Source of the DNA: an uncultured Chloroflexia bacterium
GTDB taxonomy: Bacteria > Chloroflexota > Anaerolineae > B4-G1 > SLSP01
Direction of reading: 5' to 3'
Length of the DNA stretch: 64,000 nucleotides
NCBI GenBank assembly: GCA_963751345.1
Contig: CAVVUS010000013.1
Span: 1 to 64,000, forward strand
Shown here: piece after piece, positions 33,576-45,000 of the stretch
Layout of the letters: each line of letters starts with the position of its first letter
How positions within the stretch are numbered: the stretch's first letter is position 1
Program-made: the position numbers and the translations under genes
Notes under the pieces: model-generated
Database searches by the model: none
Told to the model about the DNA's origin: nothing
What the model saw: only the letters and a program-made list of their open reading frames with translations

Positions 33576-34043
33576 TTGGTACTCTTTTTTTTGCTGCTGT
33601 TCGCGCTATTCATTGTTCGCCAGAGCCGGGAGGCCTCCCGGACAGCAGGGGGAGCCAGGCCCGCCGGTCGAGGTGGTCCTGTTCTACGGCGACTGGGGCT
33701 GCTCCGAGTGCACCGGCACGAAGGAGAACCACGTTGCTTCGACCGGCTTCGTCCAGATCGGCGTCGATTCGGGCGCCGAGGCCCTCAGCTTCCTGAGATC
33801 GCTGGCAACCAAGTACCCGAACTCGAGGTGCACGCCTACGAGGTATGGATGAACACGACCAGCGCGGCGCCCTTCAGACGTATTGCCGCGGCATACGGCG
33901 TCGAACCTTCCGGCGTCCCCATGATCTTCATCGGCGAGCGCACATGGCAGGGCTTTGACAAAAACACGGCGGATGAGGTGACAGCCTACATAGAGCTATG
34001 CCTGGACCGCGGCTGCCCGGATCTCGCCGATATTGGTCCTTGA
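33576..34043 (+). CDS. Exported thioredoxin/glutaredoxin-like protein (frameshifted or degenerate; start uncertain)
   Basis: VEVVLFYGDWGCSEC in one frame and LEVHAYEVW...GVPMIFIG in another; hydrophobic N-terminus. Confidence 0.6.
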   Translation: MVLFFLLLFALFIVRQSREASRTAGGARPAGRGGPVLRRLGLLRVHRHEGEPRCFDRLRPDRRRFGRRGPQLPEIAGNQVPELEVHAYEVWMNTTSAAPFRRIAAAYGVEPSGVPMIFIGERTWQGFDKNTADEVTAYIELCLDRGCPDLADIGP

Positions 34044-34167
34044 CCGCGAAGGCTTCCGCCCTAGAATGACTGGGCCTATTGTTCTGGGTATCGCGTGAGA
34101 TAGCCGGGCGTCTGCGCAGCCGGATACGATGCAGCAGCTCGCAGACAACCGAAAGGGAGGCCATTCT

Positions 34168-35382
34168 ATGAGCATTGTGTCAATCGTGAAGGTGCACAAC
34201 AGCCGTGTGGATGATGCCGTACGACAGGCCGTGGACTTGATTGACGGTATGTCGATCCTCACACCAGGATGCAAGGTCCTCATCAAACCTAACCTCGTGA
34301 AACCCTCCCCCTCTGGTTCGGGCATCATCACAGATGCGCGGGTGACAGAAGCCGTTGTCCGGTTCGTGCTGGAGCACAAGCCCGGACGCGTGATCATCGG
34401 CGAGGGCTCGTCGATCGGCTACGATATGCCGGGACGGGTAGACTCGCTGACTGCAATGGAGGTCAGCGGCACTGCAGATGTCGCGCGCAAGTATGGCTTG
34501 GACATGGTGGACCTCAACCGTGACGAGGTTGTAGAGGTGCACGCGCAGGATGCCTACGTGATGGAGACGTTCGGCGTGGCAAAGACAGCCTGGGAGGCCG
34601 ACGTCATCATCGATCTGCCCGTGCTCAAGACGCACTCGCGGACAGGCATCACCTGCGGGCTCAAGAATATGAAAGGCGTCCTTCCCGGCAACGAAAAGAA
34701 GCGGACGCATCGGCTGGGTCTGGATCGCGGCATTGTAGACCTCAACCGCGTGATGAAGCCACACCTGACGGTCGTCGATGGATTGGTCGGACGCGGGGGC
34801 ACACACACTCGCGATGAAGACCGGATGACGCTAGACTGTATCGTCGCCGGGGCTGACGTGGTGGCCGTCGACGCCGTCTGTGCGACGATTATGGGCTTCG
34901 ACGTTGACGAGATCCTCCACATTCGGCTCGCCGATGAGGCCGGGATCGGCGAGGCGGACCTCGACCGCATCCATGTCTACGGCGAACGGATTGCCAGCGT
35001 CGCCCGTCCCTTCCAGCCCTACGTCGAGGCGGCCAAAGAGCGCTTTGGCGACGCGACGATCATCGAGAAGAACTCATGCACAGGCTGCTGGGGGGAGATG
35101 GAGAGCGCCTTCCTCTACCTCAACCAGGCCGGGTTCAGCGACCGGCTCAAGGAGATCATCCTGGTGATGGGCACGCCCGACGAGATTCCCGACCTCGATG
35201 GCACACCCGTCATTGTGGGCAAATGCCCCAGCGACTTCAAGAGTCTGGGGGTCTGGGTGGGCGGCTGTCCGCCCCACGGCATCAAGATTACCGACGCTGT
35301 CTGCGATGCCCTCGGCCTCGATAAGGAGGCAGTCCACGCGGTGATTGAGCGCCTCCACCAGGCGGAGGCGCAGGCGAGCTAG
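34168..35382 (+). CDS. DUF362 domain Fe-S protein
   Basis: VLIKPNLV, IIGEGS, PVLKTH..GLKNMKG, DVVAVDAV, C-terminal CTGC/GKC/GCPP. Confidence 0.88.
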   Translation: MSIVSIVKVHNSRVDDAVRQAVDLIDGMSILTPGCKVLIKPNLVKPSPSGSGIITDARVTEAVVRFVLEHKPGRVIIGEGSSIGYDMPGRVDSLTAMEVSGTADVARKYGLDMVDLNRDEVVEVHAQDAYVMETFGVAKTAWEADVIIDLPVLKTHSRTGITCGLKNMKGVLPGNEKKRTHRLGLDRGIVDLNRVMKPHLTVVDGLVGRGGTHTRDEDRMTLDCIVAGADVVAVDAVCATIMGFDVDEILHIRLADEAGIGEADLDRIHVYGERIASVARPFQPYVEAAKERFGDATIIEKNSCTGCWGEMESAFLYLNQAGFSDRLKEIILVMGTPDEIPDLDGTPVIVGKCPSDFKSLGVWVGGCPPHGIKITDAVCDALGLDKEAVHAVIERLHQAEAQAS

Positions 35383-35405
35383 GGCGCACAGAGAACATAA
35401 GAGCC

Positions 35406-35438
35406 ACAGAGCCCGGTCCTGATCGGACCGGGCTCTGT
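35406..35438. terminator. Hairpin between convergent DUF362 and hicA
   Basis: ACAGAGCCCGGTCC-tgatc-GGACCGGGCTCTGT. Confidence 0.75.
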
Positions 35439-35466
35439 TGTCGTCTGACAGTTCGAGTCATACAGC

Positions 35467-35712
35467 CTACTCGGTATAGAAGTGAGACCTAAGTTGTTCC
35501 TCCGGCACATACTGGCTTGCCTGCCGCAATATGGCCCGCACCGTCCCTGCATCCAACTCTGTATGGAGTGGGACCGTCAGCGTCTGCCTCTGTCCGTCGA
35601 ATCCAATGCGCCTGAGCTTTACGTGGCTTCCTCTTTGGGATAGCACGACAAAGCCAAGTGTCTCGAAGATTCGGAGCACCTGTGAGCCGGACAGGCGGCG
35701 AAGCCTAGGCAT
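35467..35712 (-). CDS. hicA: HicA family mRNA interferase toxin
   Basis: GF...QRGSHVKL, TVPLH..L..GTVRAIL. Confidence 0.92.
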   Translation of the reverse strand: MPRLRRLSGSQVLRIFETLGFVVLSQRGSHVKLRRIGFDGQRQTLTVPLHTELDAGTVRAILRQASQYVPEEQLRSHFYTE

Positions 35713-35938
35713 AGATCGGTTCCAGCTCCATTGTTACTAGAACGGGAGGATGAGGTGCCAGGCCCATGTCCGCCAGGTCTTCGCCCTCCAGATGGAGCTC
35801 AATCGCTTCCCGAAGGTTCTGGATTGTCTCATCCAGAGTTGCGCCCTGAGTCACAATGGCCAGGTTCAGACACTCTGCCACGTATCCTGACTCATCACCA
35901 GGGTAGACTACAGCCTGAATGGTGTATCGCTGCGCCAA
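35705..35938 (-). CDS. hicB: HicB family antitoxin (short)
   Basis: GYVAEC..L.IVTQG.T.DE...NLREAIELHLE; TTG start after GAGGAGG; overlaps hicA. Confidence 0.9.
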   Translation of the reverse strand: MAQRYTIQAVVYPGDESGYVAECLNLAIVTQGATLDETIQNLREAIELHLEGEDLADMGLAPHPPVLVTMELEPIYA

Positions 35939-36040
35939 GTTTCCTCCTCTGCTTCCCGAGCTGCTACAGCATTGTACCGCATGCGGGGCGCGATGTCGAC
36001 AAACAACAGCCTACCGTGAGCGCGTGCTGCATCCCTCCCC

Positions 36041-39000
36041 CTAGCGCGGTCCCACAGGCCGTTTCGCCCGCGCCGGGAGTCCCTCGCGCAGATCCGGCGC
36101 CTGGCTGGAGGCGACAACCCCGTGTGCGACGTTAAGCTGCCCTACCGTGGCCACGTCGATGTTGTTGTAGAAGCCTCCCTGGATCTCGTGACTCTCCAGC
36201 ACGCCGCCATAGGTCGTGTCGGCGTCGGTTGAGTCGACCTGGGCATAGAGAACCGTGCCCTGGGCCAGTGGCCAGCGGACACGGCTGTAGCTCTCCCAGA
36301 AGTAGGCATCCCCCACGTGCAGCGTCAGGCTGTCGCCCGGCATCAACGGCAGCGCGCCTTCCTCGACACCCCAGACGAGCCCCTGACTCGCCAGATCCTC
36401 CCAAACCTGGTTGACGCCGGTCGGTGCGGGGTCCGGGTTCACGTAGAGATCGACCCAAAAAGCATCGACCACCGGCGCATTGCCGCGGTTGCGGATGACG
36501 ACCTCGACGGTGTCGGCGTCGGCGCGGATCTCGTCCACGATGAGATCAGGCGCCCGCAGGTAGTCCTGCATCACCACCGGGAGGTACACGGTCGCAGGCG
36601 TTCTGCTCGTCACTATTTCCACCTCCAGCGGCCCAAGGGTGGACACATTGCCGGCGGCATCCTGCGCCTCGATGAAGAACGTGTAGGTGCCATCGCGCGT
36701 GAAAAGCACCGTGTCGGTGTAGGCCCACGCCCCACCCACACGCGGGATGCGCGCACCGACCTTCGACCCGTCCGGCGCGACACCCATCAGGCGCACGGCG
36801 CTGACGCCGCCCGCGTCGGCCACCTCACCCGCCATCCGCAGCGGCCCCGCAGGCGACACCGGAACGTCAGGCCACTCGGTCACAGTGATGTCGGGTCCGG
36901 TCGTGTCGATGATGAGCGTCAGGTCGAGCGCCGTTGAGCGGTTGCCGACCGCGTCGACGCCGTAGACCTGGAACGACCGCTCGACGTAGCCGCCCTCGCC
37001 GATTCCGATCGGCGCAGCGTCATCGAAGACAGGATAGTACCAGCGCCCGGTACGGGAGCCGGTGTCCTGCGGCACGAGAATCAGGCGACCCTGGAGGTAT
37101 TGGCCTTCGGCTGCTCCGATGTCGGCACCGCACAGCGATAGCGTCCAGGTGCCCGCCGCCTCTTCGCCCAGGAAGGCCTGGAGGGGCGCGGACGGACGGG
37201 CGAGCCGCGCGTAGGCAGGCGCCGCCGGGATCGTCACCCCGCCCCGAGTGCAGCGCCGATGATGCTGCATCGCTCAGGAGTACGTCGTAATTCGCAGCCG
37301 CGTCTCGCCCGTCAGGGCTTATGATCTCCACCTGGGTGTTGGCGGGCGAGGTCAGCACGCCGACCAGATCGTCGCGATGTGTGTGGCTGATCGTCAGCCC
37401 CACCCGCACCTCGCCGATAGCGAGGGCATCGGTGACGACGAAGGTCCGCTCGATGCACGCCGTCCCACCTCCGGTGACGGCAGGGGCGACCGGCACGTCA
37501 TCCACCACCACGTCCGCCGGCCCGGGATCGAGCTGCACGTCGGCCGGCGCGCAGACCCCGGACTCGCAGACGACCACCTCCCCCAGCCCGCGGTTGTCCT
37601 CTACCGTGCCGCGCAGCGCGAAGGGCGTCTCCCGTACGAGAAGTGCACCTGTTCCTTGAGCAACCTGCTGCTCAGGCGCCACGTTGAGCGCAACCACCGG
37701 CGGCACGCTATCCACGACGAAGGGATAGGCGCTCGACCACGCACCGACCTGTCCGAAGATATCGGTCGCCCGGATCTGGACGCCGAAGGCATCACCGTCC
37801 TTGGGGACAGTGCCACCGTTGAGTGCCGTGAGATCCCAGGGGCACGACCAGCCGCCACTCTGAGCTGCCCATCCCGTGCAAGTCCGCGTCTGCACGCCGT
37901 TAGCGGGCGTCTGAACGCGCAGGGCCACCGCGGAGACGCCCGAGGCGTCGTACGCGTAGCCGCTGAGCGTGGTCGTGCTTGTCGGCACCAGGTAGTCAGG
38001 CGCTTGAATGCCGTAGAAGGTCGGCGCGGCGGTGTCCAGCGGATGGTCGATCCAGACCCACTCCACGGGCGGCCCGCCCTCAGGATGGGCCTGATCGTAG
38101 ACCAGCAGGTCGAGCGCGGCCCACGGTGCGGACCCGGCCCCGGTCACACCGTGCAGGGTCACGTTCGCCTCTCCACCGGCGGCAACGTCCCCCAGCGTGA
38201 TCACCTGCCGGTCGGCCGCACCGCCCAACAACTGCAGGCCGTAGTGCGCCTGGGCCACGAGCTTCACATCCTCGGCGGTGACACTGCCGCGGTTGTGATA
38301 CGTCAGGGCATAGGTCACAACCTGGCCCGCCCCAGTTGCGGGACGTGGGTATTGACGAAACTGAAGCCCGTACTGACGTCTGCAGGCGGCGTGCCGAACA
38401 TCGGGTCCCAGAGCCCGGCCAGGCCGTCGCCCAGGTAGCGGGCAACGACGCCCTCCGGCGCCATGGTCACGTCGAGATAACCGTCCGTGTCGGGGCTCTG
38501 CGCAGCGGGACAGACGCCCGCCCCGAGCGCAGGCCAGAGATAGCCGCGGGCCAGCGCGAAGTCGGCCTGCCCGGCAAGCGCGGGCCCGGCAAGCGTGCTG
38601 TTGGCCGGATTCTGGGGCGGCATCGCCGCCCACAGCCGGAGCCCCGCCGTCCGAGGCGCTTCGTCCTCACTGGCGAAGGCGACCAACCCCAGGCTCCCGC
38701 TTCCATCGGAAGGGAGCCCAAGGAGGTCGATATGGCAGCGCAAGATGGGTAAGCCCGTCCCGCAGGGCGGGGTCATAGGCGAACTGCGCCGCCGTCAGCT
38801 GGGTCTGTGTCACCCAGGTCGACCCGTCCCAACGCCAGAGCCACGCGGTCTCGTCGTCGCTCACCCGGACCATCAGGTCGGCAAGCATCGCGGGCGCGGG
38901 ATCCCCGGCCCGGCTGACGCCGCCCGGCAGCGTCGTGGGGGTACCCCCGGCAGATAGACGTGTGTCTCGGCATCGTCGACGTAGGGATTAAGCGTCTCGC

Positions 39001-42000
39001 TCGTCCCGCCCGCCGCCGTGTCAAGGTAGACAAAGAGGTCGCCGTCGACATCCCAGTCGGCCCCCGCCCAGGCCAGACGCAGCGTGTCCGTCGTCCAGGT
39101 CGCGTAGAATCGCTGCTCGGGCGTGGACGAGGTCTCCGCTGCGCCGCTGCGCGCCGCGCGCCGGTCCACACCGACGAGGTTGCACGGCTCACCCAGCCAG
39201 CCCTCATCGGACGAAGGCGCATAGGCGGGCGTCTGCTCGTAGTCGACCGTCACCGGCCCCACCGTCTGCACCGTCCGGTTGCCGGAGGCGTCCACGACGA
39301 CGACGTGGGCGAAGAGGTGCTGCGCCTCCCCCACCCCCTGCTGGTGTCACGCGGCCGCCGGGCCGTACGTGGTCAGCGAACCGTCGGGATCGGCGGACGT
39401 CGTCCAGCCGGCAAGGTAGCCCATGACATCCGGACTCGTACTTCCCGTCCAGGCGATGTCCAGCGTCGGCGCCAGGACGTCGCGGATCGTCGCGCCCGGC
39501 GTGATCACGGTCTGAACGCTCGACGCGTTGAGGTATGACAGCGTGACCGTCACGGGCTCCGGCGGCTGGGCATCCACCCAGACCGTCGGCTCGTCTCGGT
39601 CGTGTTTCCGGCAAGATCCGTAGCCCGTGCGTACAGCGTTGCCAGGTCGCCGTCCGGCGGAACGTTGCTCCCGGTCCAGGCCGCCCCGGCGAAGGCATGG
39701 GAGGCGTCGGCACCTCGGCGTCGGTCCAGGGGCCATCGTCGTAGCGCACCTGAAGCGCGGCGACTCCGAAGGTATCGGTCACCAAGCCGCGCACCGTAAC
39801 GTACCCCGCGCCGGTGAAGTCGGCGCTGGAGATGACGTCCGTCGTCAGCAGCACGGCCGGAGGCACAGTGTCCACGGTGATGGCAGGCGCGGGAACGGTC
39901 TCCGTGGTCGTGCCGCCTGCCCAGTCGGCGATCTGCGCGGTGATGGTGTAGACGCCATCACCGGGCGGCGTCCAGCTCGTGGTCCAGAGCGTCTCAGTAA
40001 CATCAGCCGTCGCCCAAGTCGTCGTCGAGATCGGCACGCTGTTGACCGTCACCGTGAGGGCCCTCAATGCCTCGGGAGCGTAGGCGTGACCCGTGATTTC
40101 GATCGGGTCAAGCGTAGCGTAGGCCATCCCGTCAGGCGGCGAGAGAACGGCGCTCTGTGCAGCGCTTTGGCAAGGCACGGGCGTGCCAAGGGCGCGAGCG
40201 CCGCCCCAGCCGCGGGCATACCTTCCTCGAGACAGCCAGGAGCTCGCCGTCTGAGGCGCTACCGCCGTCTGAGGCGCTATCACCCCGCCCGGCCCGGCGC
40301 TCACCGACGCGCACTGGCCGAAGATGTCGCATGCCGTCAACGTGTAGGGCGCGCTAGAAGCCTCCAGGCCGCGCCCAATGGGGCTCAACGCCACCAGCCG
40401 CGTCTGGCTGTAGATCGCCGTGTACCACGGCTCGTCGATGTAAGCCTCGGTGTCGGTATAGGTGCGGTCCGTGCCCTTGACGTCGGTGAGCGTGTGCCCG
40501 AGCAGGTTGTAGTCAGATACTGAGAGCCAGTAGATCAAGCGGCTCGACGTCCAGGAATACCCCTGCACCGAGATGCACACCTGTGGCGGCGCGGTATCGA
40601 TTTCGCCGGACCACACATTGGGGATCAGCCGCGTGCGCCCGAAGCCGTCAGTCACCTTGAGGTCCACCTGGTAGGGCCCCTCGAGGCCCGCCATATCGAA
40701 GGTCCAGCCGCTGGCGGGTGCCCCGGGTTCCGCAAGATCTGCGTCCCGCCAACGCTGGGTATCGGCCAGCGCCTCGATCTCGTACGACGTGAGCGCGCGG
40801 TCGTAGACGACCACCTCGTCGAGCGCACCCTGGAAGAAGTTGGTGGGAACTGCGCCCTCCGCCCCCATCGTAAGCGGCACCTTCCGCGAGTCCGTGCTCT
40901 GGCGGCAGGCGTACCCGATGCCCACCAGTTCACCATTGCGGTAGAGATACCAGCAACCGTCGTCGGTCCAAACACCTGCCAGGTGCACCCACGACCCGAC
41001 GTCGCCCACAGGGACATCGTAGGTCGCGAGGTCGTTACCGTAGATCAGATCGACCATGCCGGCCTGGTACTGCCCATCCTTGATGCGCAAGGTGAGGCTG
41101 GCCGGCTCGTTCTCTGCGCCGGTACCGCCGACGCCGTGGAAGAAGATCGTGCGCGTACCGTCAATCGCGTCAGGGCGGACCCAGGCCGCGAAGGTCACCG
41201 GCCTGCCGAGCGCTACCGACCCCAGCGTCACGCTGTCGTCGGTGCCGTCAAAGGTGACGGCGCCGTCGACCATGCCGGCTTCCCCGGTGGCGGGACAGCC
41301 TGTGCCTTGACAATATCCGGGTTGCGACAGCGACCCGAGGTTGTCGAAGACATTCGTGCTCCCTGCGGCCTCATCAAAAGGCAGATAGGCCGGCAGATCC
41401 TCATAGAGCGCCGCGCCCTTGGCGTGGCGGAGGCCGATCGAGAGCTGCGACACTCCGGCAGCCACCGATTGCGCCAGCCCCAGGATCGCATCGTCGGCCA
41501 GCGCCCGTTGGTAGATGCCAGTTCATCCAGTGCTCCGGTGAAGTACGCCGAAGCCCCCGTCTGCGACTGTCTGCCGATAGCGACATCTAAGCGAACCGGA
41601 GAAGGCATCGGTAACGGTCGTGCTGTCGACGCGGACGCCATCCAGCAGCAAGGCGATCTCGTCGCCCTGTTTGACGGCAGCAGCGTGGTGCCACGCCCCA
41701 TCGTTGACCGTCGACGGCGAGTTGACGATGGTCCGCGTTCCGGCGGGCCGGTAGGTGAAAGCCAGATGTCCGTCCGCGTCCAGGCCGACCCAAAGGCCGC
41801 GCGACACGTCACCGGGCGCCGTCGCCGCAAAGATCGTCTGCGGCCCCGGTGAGGACGTGTTGAACCAGAAGGCGATCGTCGCGTCGTCCGGCTCGAAGGC
41901 GTGAATGGTCTCCGTCGTCGTCGCCGTGGTCGTGACCACGCGATCCTCGACCATCAGATAGTCGCTGCCGCCGAAGTAGGCGGCCTCTCCAACGCGACCG

Positions 42001-45000
42001 ACCTCGCCGGCCCTCGGACAGGCCCCCTCGGCACAGGTCGCCGTCATCTGGCGGCCGGACCCATCGTCGAACGACGCGCTGCCCGTGGGTTCCTCGAAGC
42101 CATAGGCCAGCACGCGCCCGCTGGGATACGGCACGTCGGCTACTGTGCCCGCCAGGATGGGCGTCTCGTCACCAATGCCGATCATCAGCCCCGAATCGTC
42201 GTCCGAGCGGGTGACGGCCACATCGGGCGCCATCCCGTCGAGGGAGACGACCTCCTGCTGCCGCGCTACGGTATTCGCGACCGCGTCCTTTGCCTCCAAC
42301 TTGAGCGTGTACCTTCCGTCCACATCCTCGGGCACGGCGTAGGCGACCTGCCAACGCTCACCATCCACCGCCGCCATCTGCCGCCCCCCAAGCGACACGC
42401 CGTTCTGGTCGAGGAGATCGATCCACACGCCGGCGACGCCGGCATCGCCCCGATCGCGTACCCCGCCCGAGAGCCGGACGACCTGATGCGTCCGGGTCTG
42501 TGGCGTGAAGAAAGTCACGGTCGATGCGCCCAGAGGGAGCTTCAGGTTGTGCCCCGAATCCATCCAGAGCTGTACCGCGTAGTGGCTGCCGACGATCTTC
42601 GACGTCGGAGCGAAGGAGAAGCTCACGTCCTTCTCGGTCTCCCCCGGCTGCACGTCGAAGGTGCCGATCTCCTCGTAGTTGATGCTGACGATGAATGACG
42701 CGACGTCCCCCGCGTACATCTCATTCTCGAACGCGAAATGCATGTCGACGCGATCGACCACGTCGGCGTCGATGTATCGATAGCCGGTGGCACTCGCACT
42801 GCTGTGCCACCACCCACCGGAACCCGTGTACAGGGCGTCGCCACTCGCGGGGAACGCCGCCGTCGCTACAGGCACGTCGACCTCGTCCACGGCCGTCTCC
42901 ACCGGCAGCGTGCGCTGAGTGGAGGCGGAGTCGACAGTGACTGCAGGCGGGCTTCCATCGACCTTGAAGGTCACGCTCGCGATACTCGATCGATGGCCGA
43001 CAGTATCCCACGCCCGCGCCTCGATCGTGGTCTGTCCCTCGTGCGAGGGGGTGAAGTAGAAGAGCCACGCGGCGCCATCGCGTGTCGCATTGTGCCACAC
43101 GCCGCCATCGACCCGGTACCAGACGCGTTCGACGGCCGACGTGGCATCCTGAGCCTCGATGGCGATCACACGTTGGGGCGACATGTCGACGACGGGGGCC
43201 GTGAAGTCGATGGCAACCGTCGGCGCCTCGGCATCGACCGTGATGCGATGATCGGCGCTGACGTCGACCCACGAGACCTGGTAGTTGTAGAGCGCCTCTA
43301 CCTCACGCTGCGAAAGGACGCGCCCGTAGACGGCCACTTCGTCAATCTGCCCCGCGAAGGGCAGCGCAGGGCCCGTGCCCCACCCCGCTGAGCTCGTGGC
43401 GCCGATATAGAGCGGCAGCCCCGACTGGCAAGCCCAGAGCGGCGGATCGAGCGACGCGTCCCGCGAGCCGTTGACATAGAGCATCAGGCCATCGTCGCCA
43501 TAGGTGAGCACGACGTGGTTCCACTGATCCTGCAGGAGCGCGTCCGGCGTGCTCGTGAGTGCCTGGTGGCAGTCGTCATACTGCAGCGTCGTGGCGTCGG
43601 GGGCGATGAAGAGCCCAAGGCTTCGCACCGAAGCCCCAAAATCCTCGCGGGTCAGCAGCGTCTGGGAGATCTCACGCCGTTGGGTGGGTTTCACCCACAT
43701 CGCGACGCTGTATCCGGTCGACGGAATGCTCGACCCGGCGTAACTCAGCTTATCATTCATCCCGTCGAATTGGAGCGCCCCACGGATCCAGCCGTCGGTG
43801 CCGCTCTTGGGACAGGTGTCGGTGCCGTTGATGTCCAGGTCGCAGGTCGCATTCTGTGCCGCGCCGGCCTCATTCAGGAAGGAGGTCGCGCCCAGGGACT
43901 CGTCCAGGTGCAGGTTGAGCACCGGGATCTCCTTGGTCAGCGCCGCGGCCTCACCGGCTGACAGGGCGCTGCGGGTGACGACCACGTGGTCGAGGTACCC
44001 CTCGAAATAGTCATTCCCGGCCGCATTTGCCTGCCCAATCGTGAGATCGGTGGCGCCGGCAAAGCCAAAGGTCGTTCGAGAGCCCGACGCCACCAGCGTA
44101 CCATCGACGTAGAGCTTCTGCCCACCGACCGAGCTGCCGATCGTGTGCACGACATTGTGCCACGTCCCGGCCGAGAGTGCGTCGGTGCCGCAGATCGTCT
44201 GGGAGGCCACCTTGGCGCAGAGCGTACCCCCATTGAGGTAGATCTGCGCCTGCTGGCTGTCGTCGTCCACCACGGAGAAGAGCCCGCAGTTGGCGCACTG
44301 GTCGCCGTAGGTCTTGGTCTTGTACCAGAAGGAGACGGCCGCCTCGGTGTCAGGGACGTCGACGTCGACCTGGATCCGATCGTCAACGCCGTCGAGGTGG
44401 ACGGCTTGGTTGGCGCGTCCGGCGACGCCCGGTCACAGGGCAACGACTCCCGTCGCAGATCCCGGCGTCGCCGTTGCCCGAATCGTCGGCAAAGACACTG
44501 GCGCCGGGTGGCTCGTCCAGCCGCAGCTCCAGCACGCGGATGGCGCTCTGGTACAGCTCCTGGACCTCGTAGGGATCCAGGGCCTGCCTGTAGACGCGGA
44601 GGTCATCAAGGCTGCCGTCGTAAAACTCGTTCCGGACTGACCAATAGAGCGTGCCCTCACCGTCGTTGGTGTAATCCTGGGAGTAGGTACCGACCTGGTA
44701 AGGCCAGAAGGACCGGTTCACCTCCAGATCGTCGTCCCCCCGGGCGAGCTCGTTGATGCTCTTGTCGAGCTCGGTCATCGTCACAAAGTGCAGCCAGTCG
44801 CCGTAGACGGTATAGGCGTAAGGGAGCGAGTAGGTTCCCGGGTTCACGTCGAGTTGCGCCCAGATGCGGTGGCCGTCCACGAAAGCCGTTGTACTCCGCC
44901 GAGCCGGAGCCATCGCCTTCGTCGTCGACCACGACCTCGTCGAAGATGACAGTGCTGGCGCTTGAGGCACGGCCCACGTCCAGTCCGCTGGACGCGATGT

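Noticed and set aside
32743-35382. Selenocysteine (TGA) recoding in the redox genes
   Set aside because: The Cys motifs are encoded by ordinary Cys codons; no in-frame TGA at a motif position was seen
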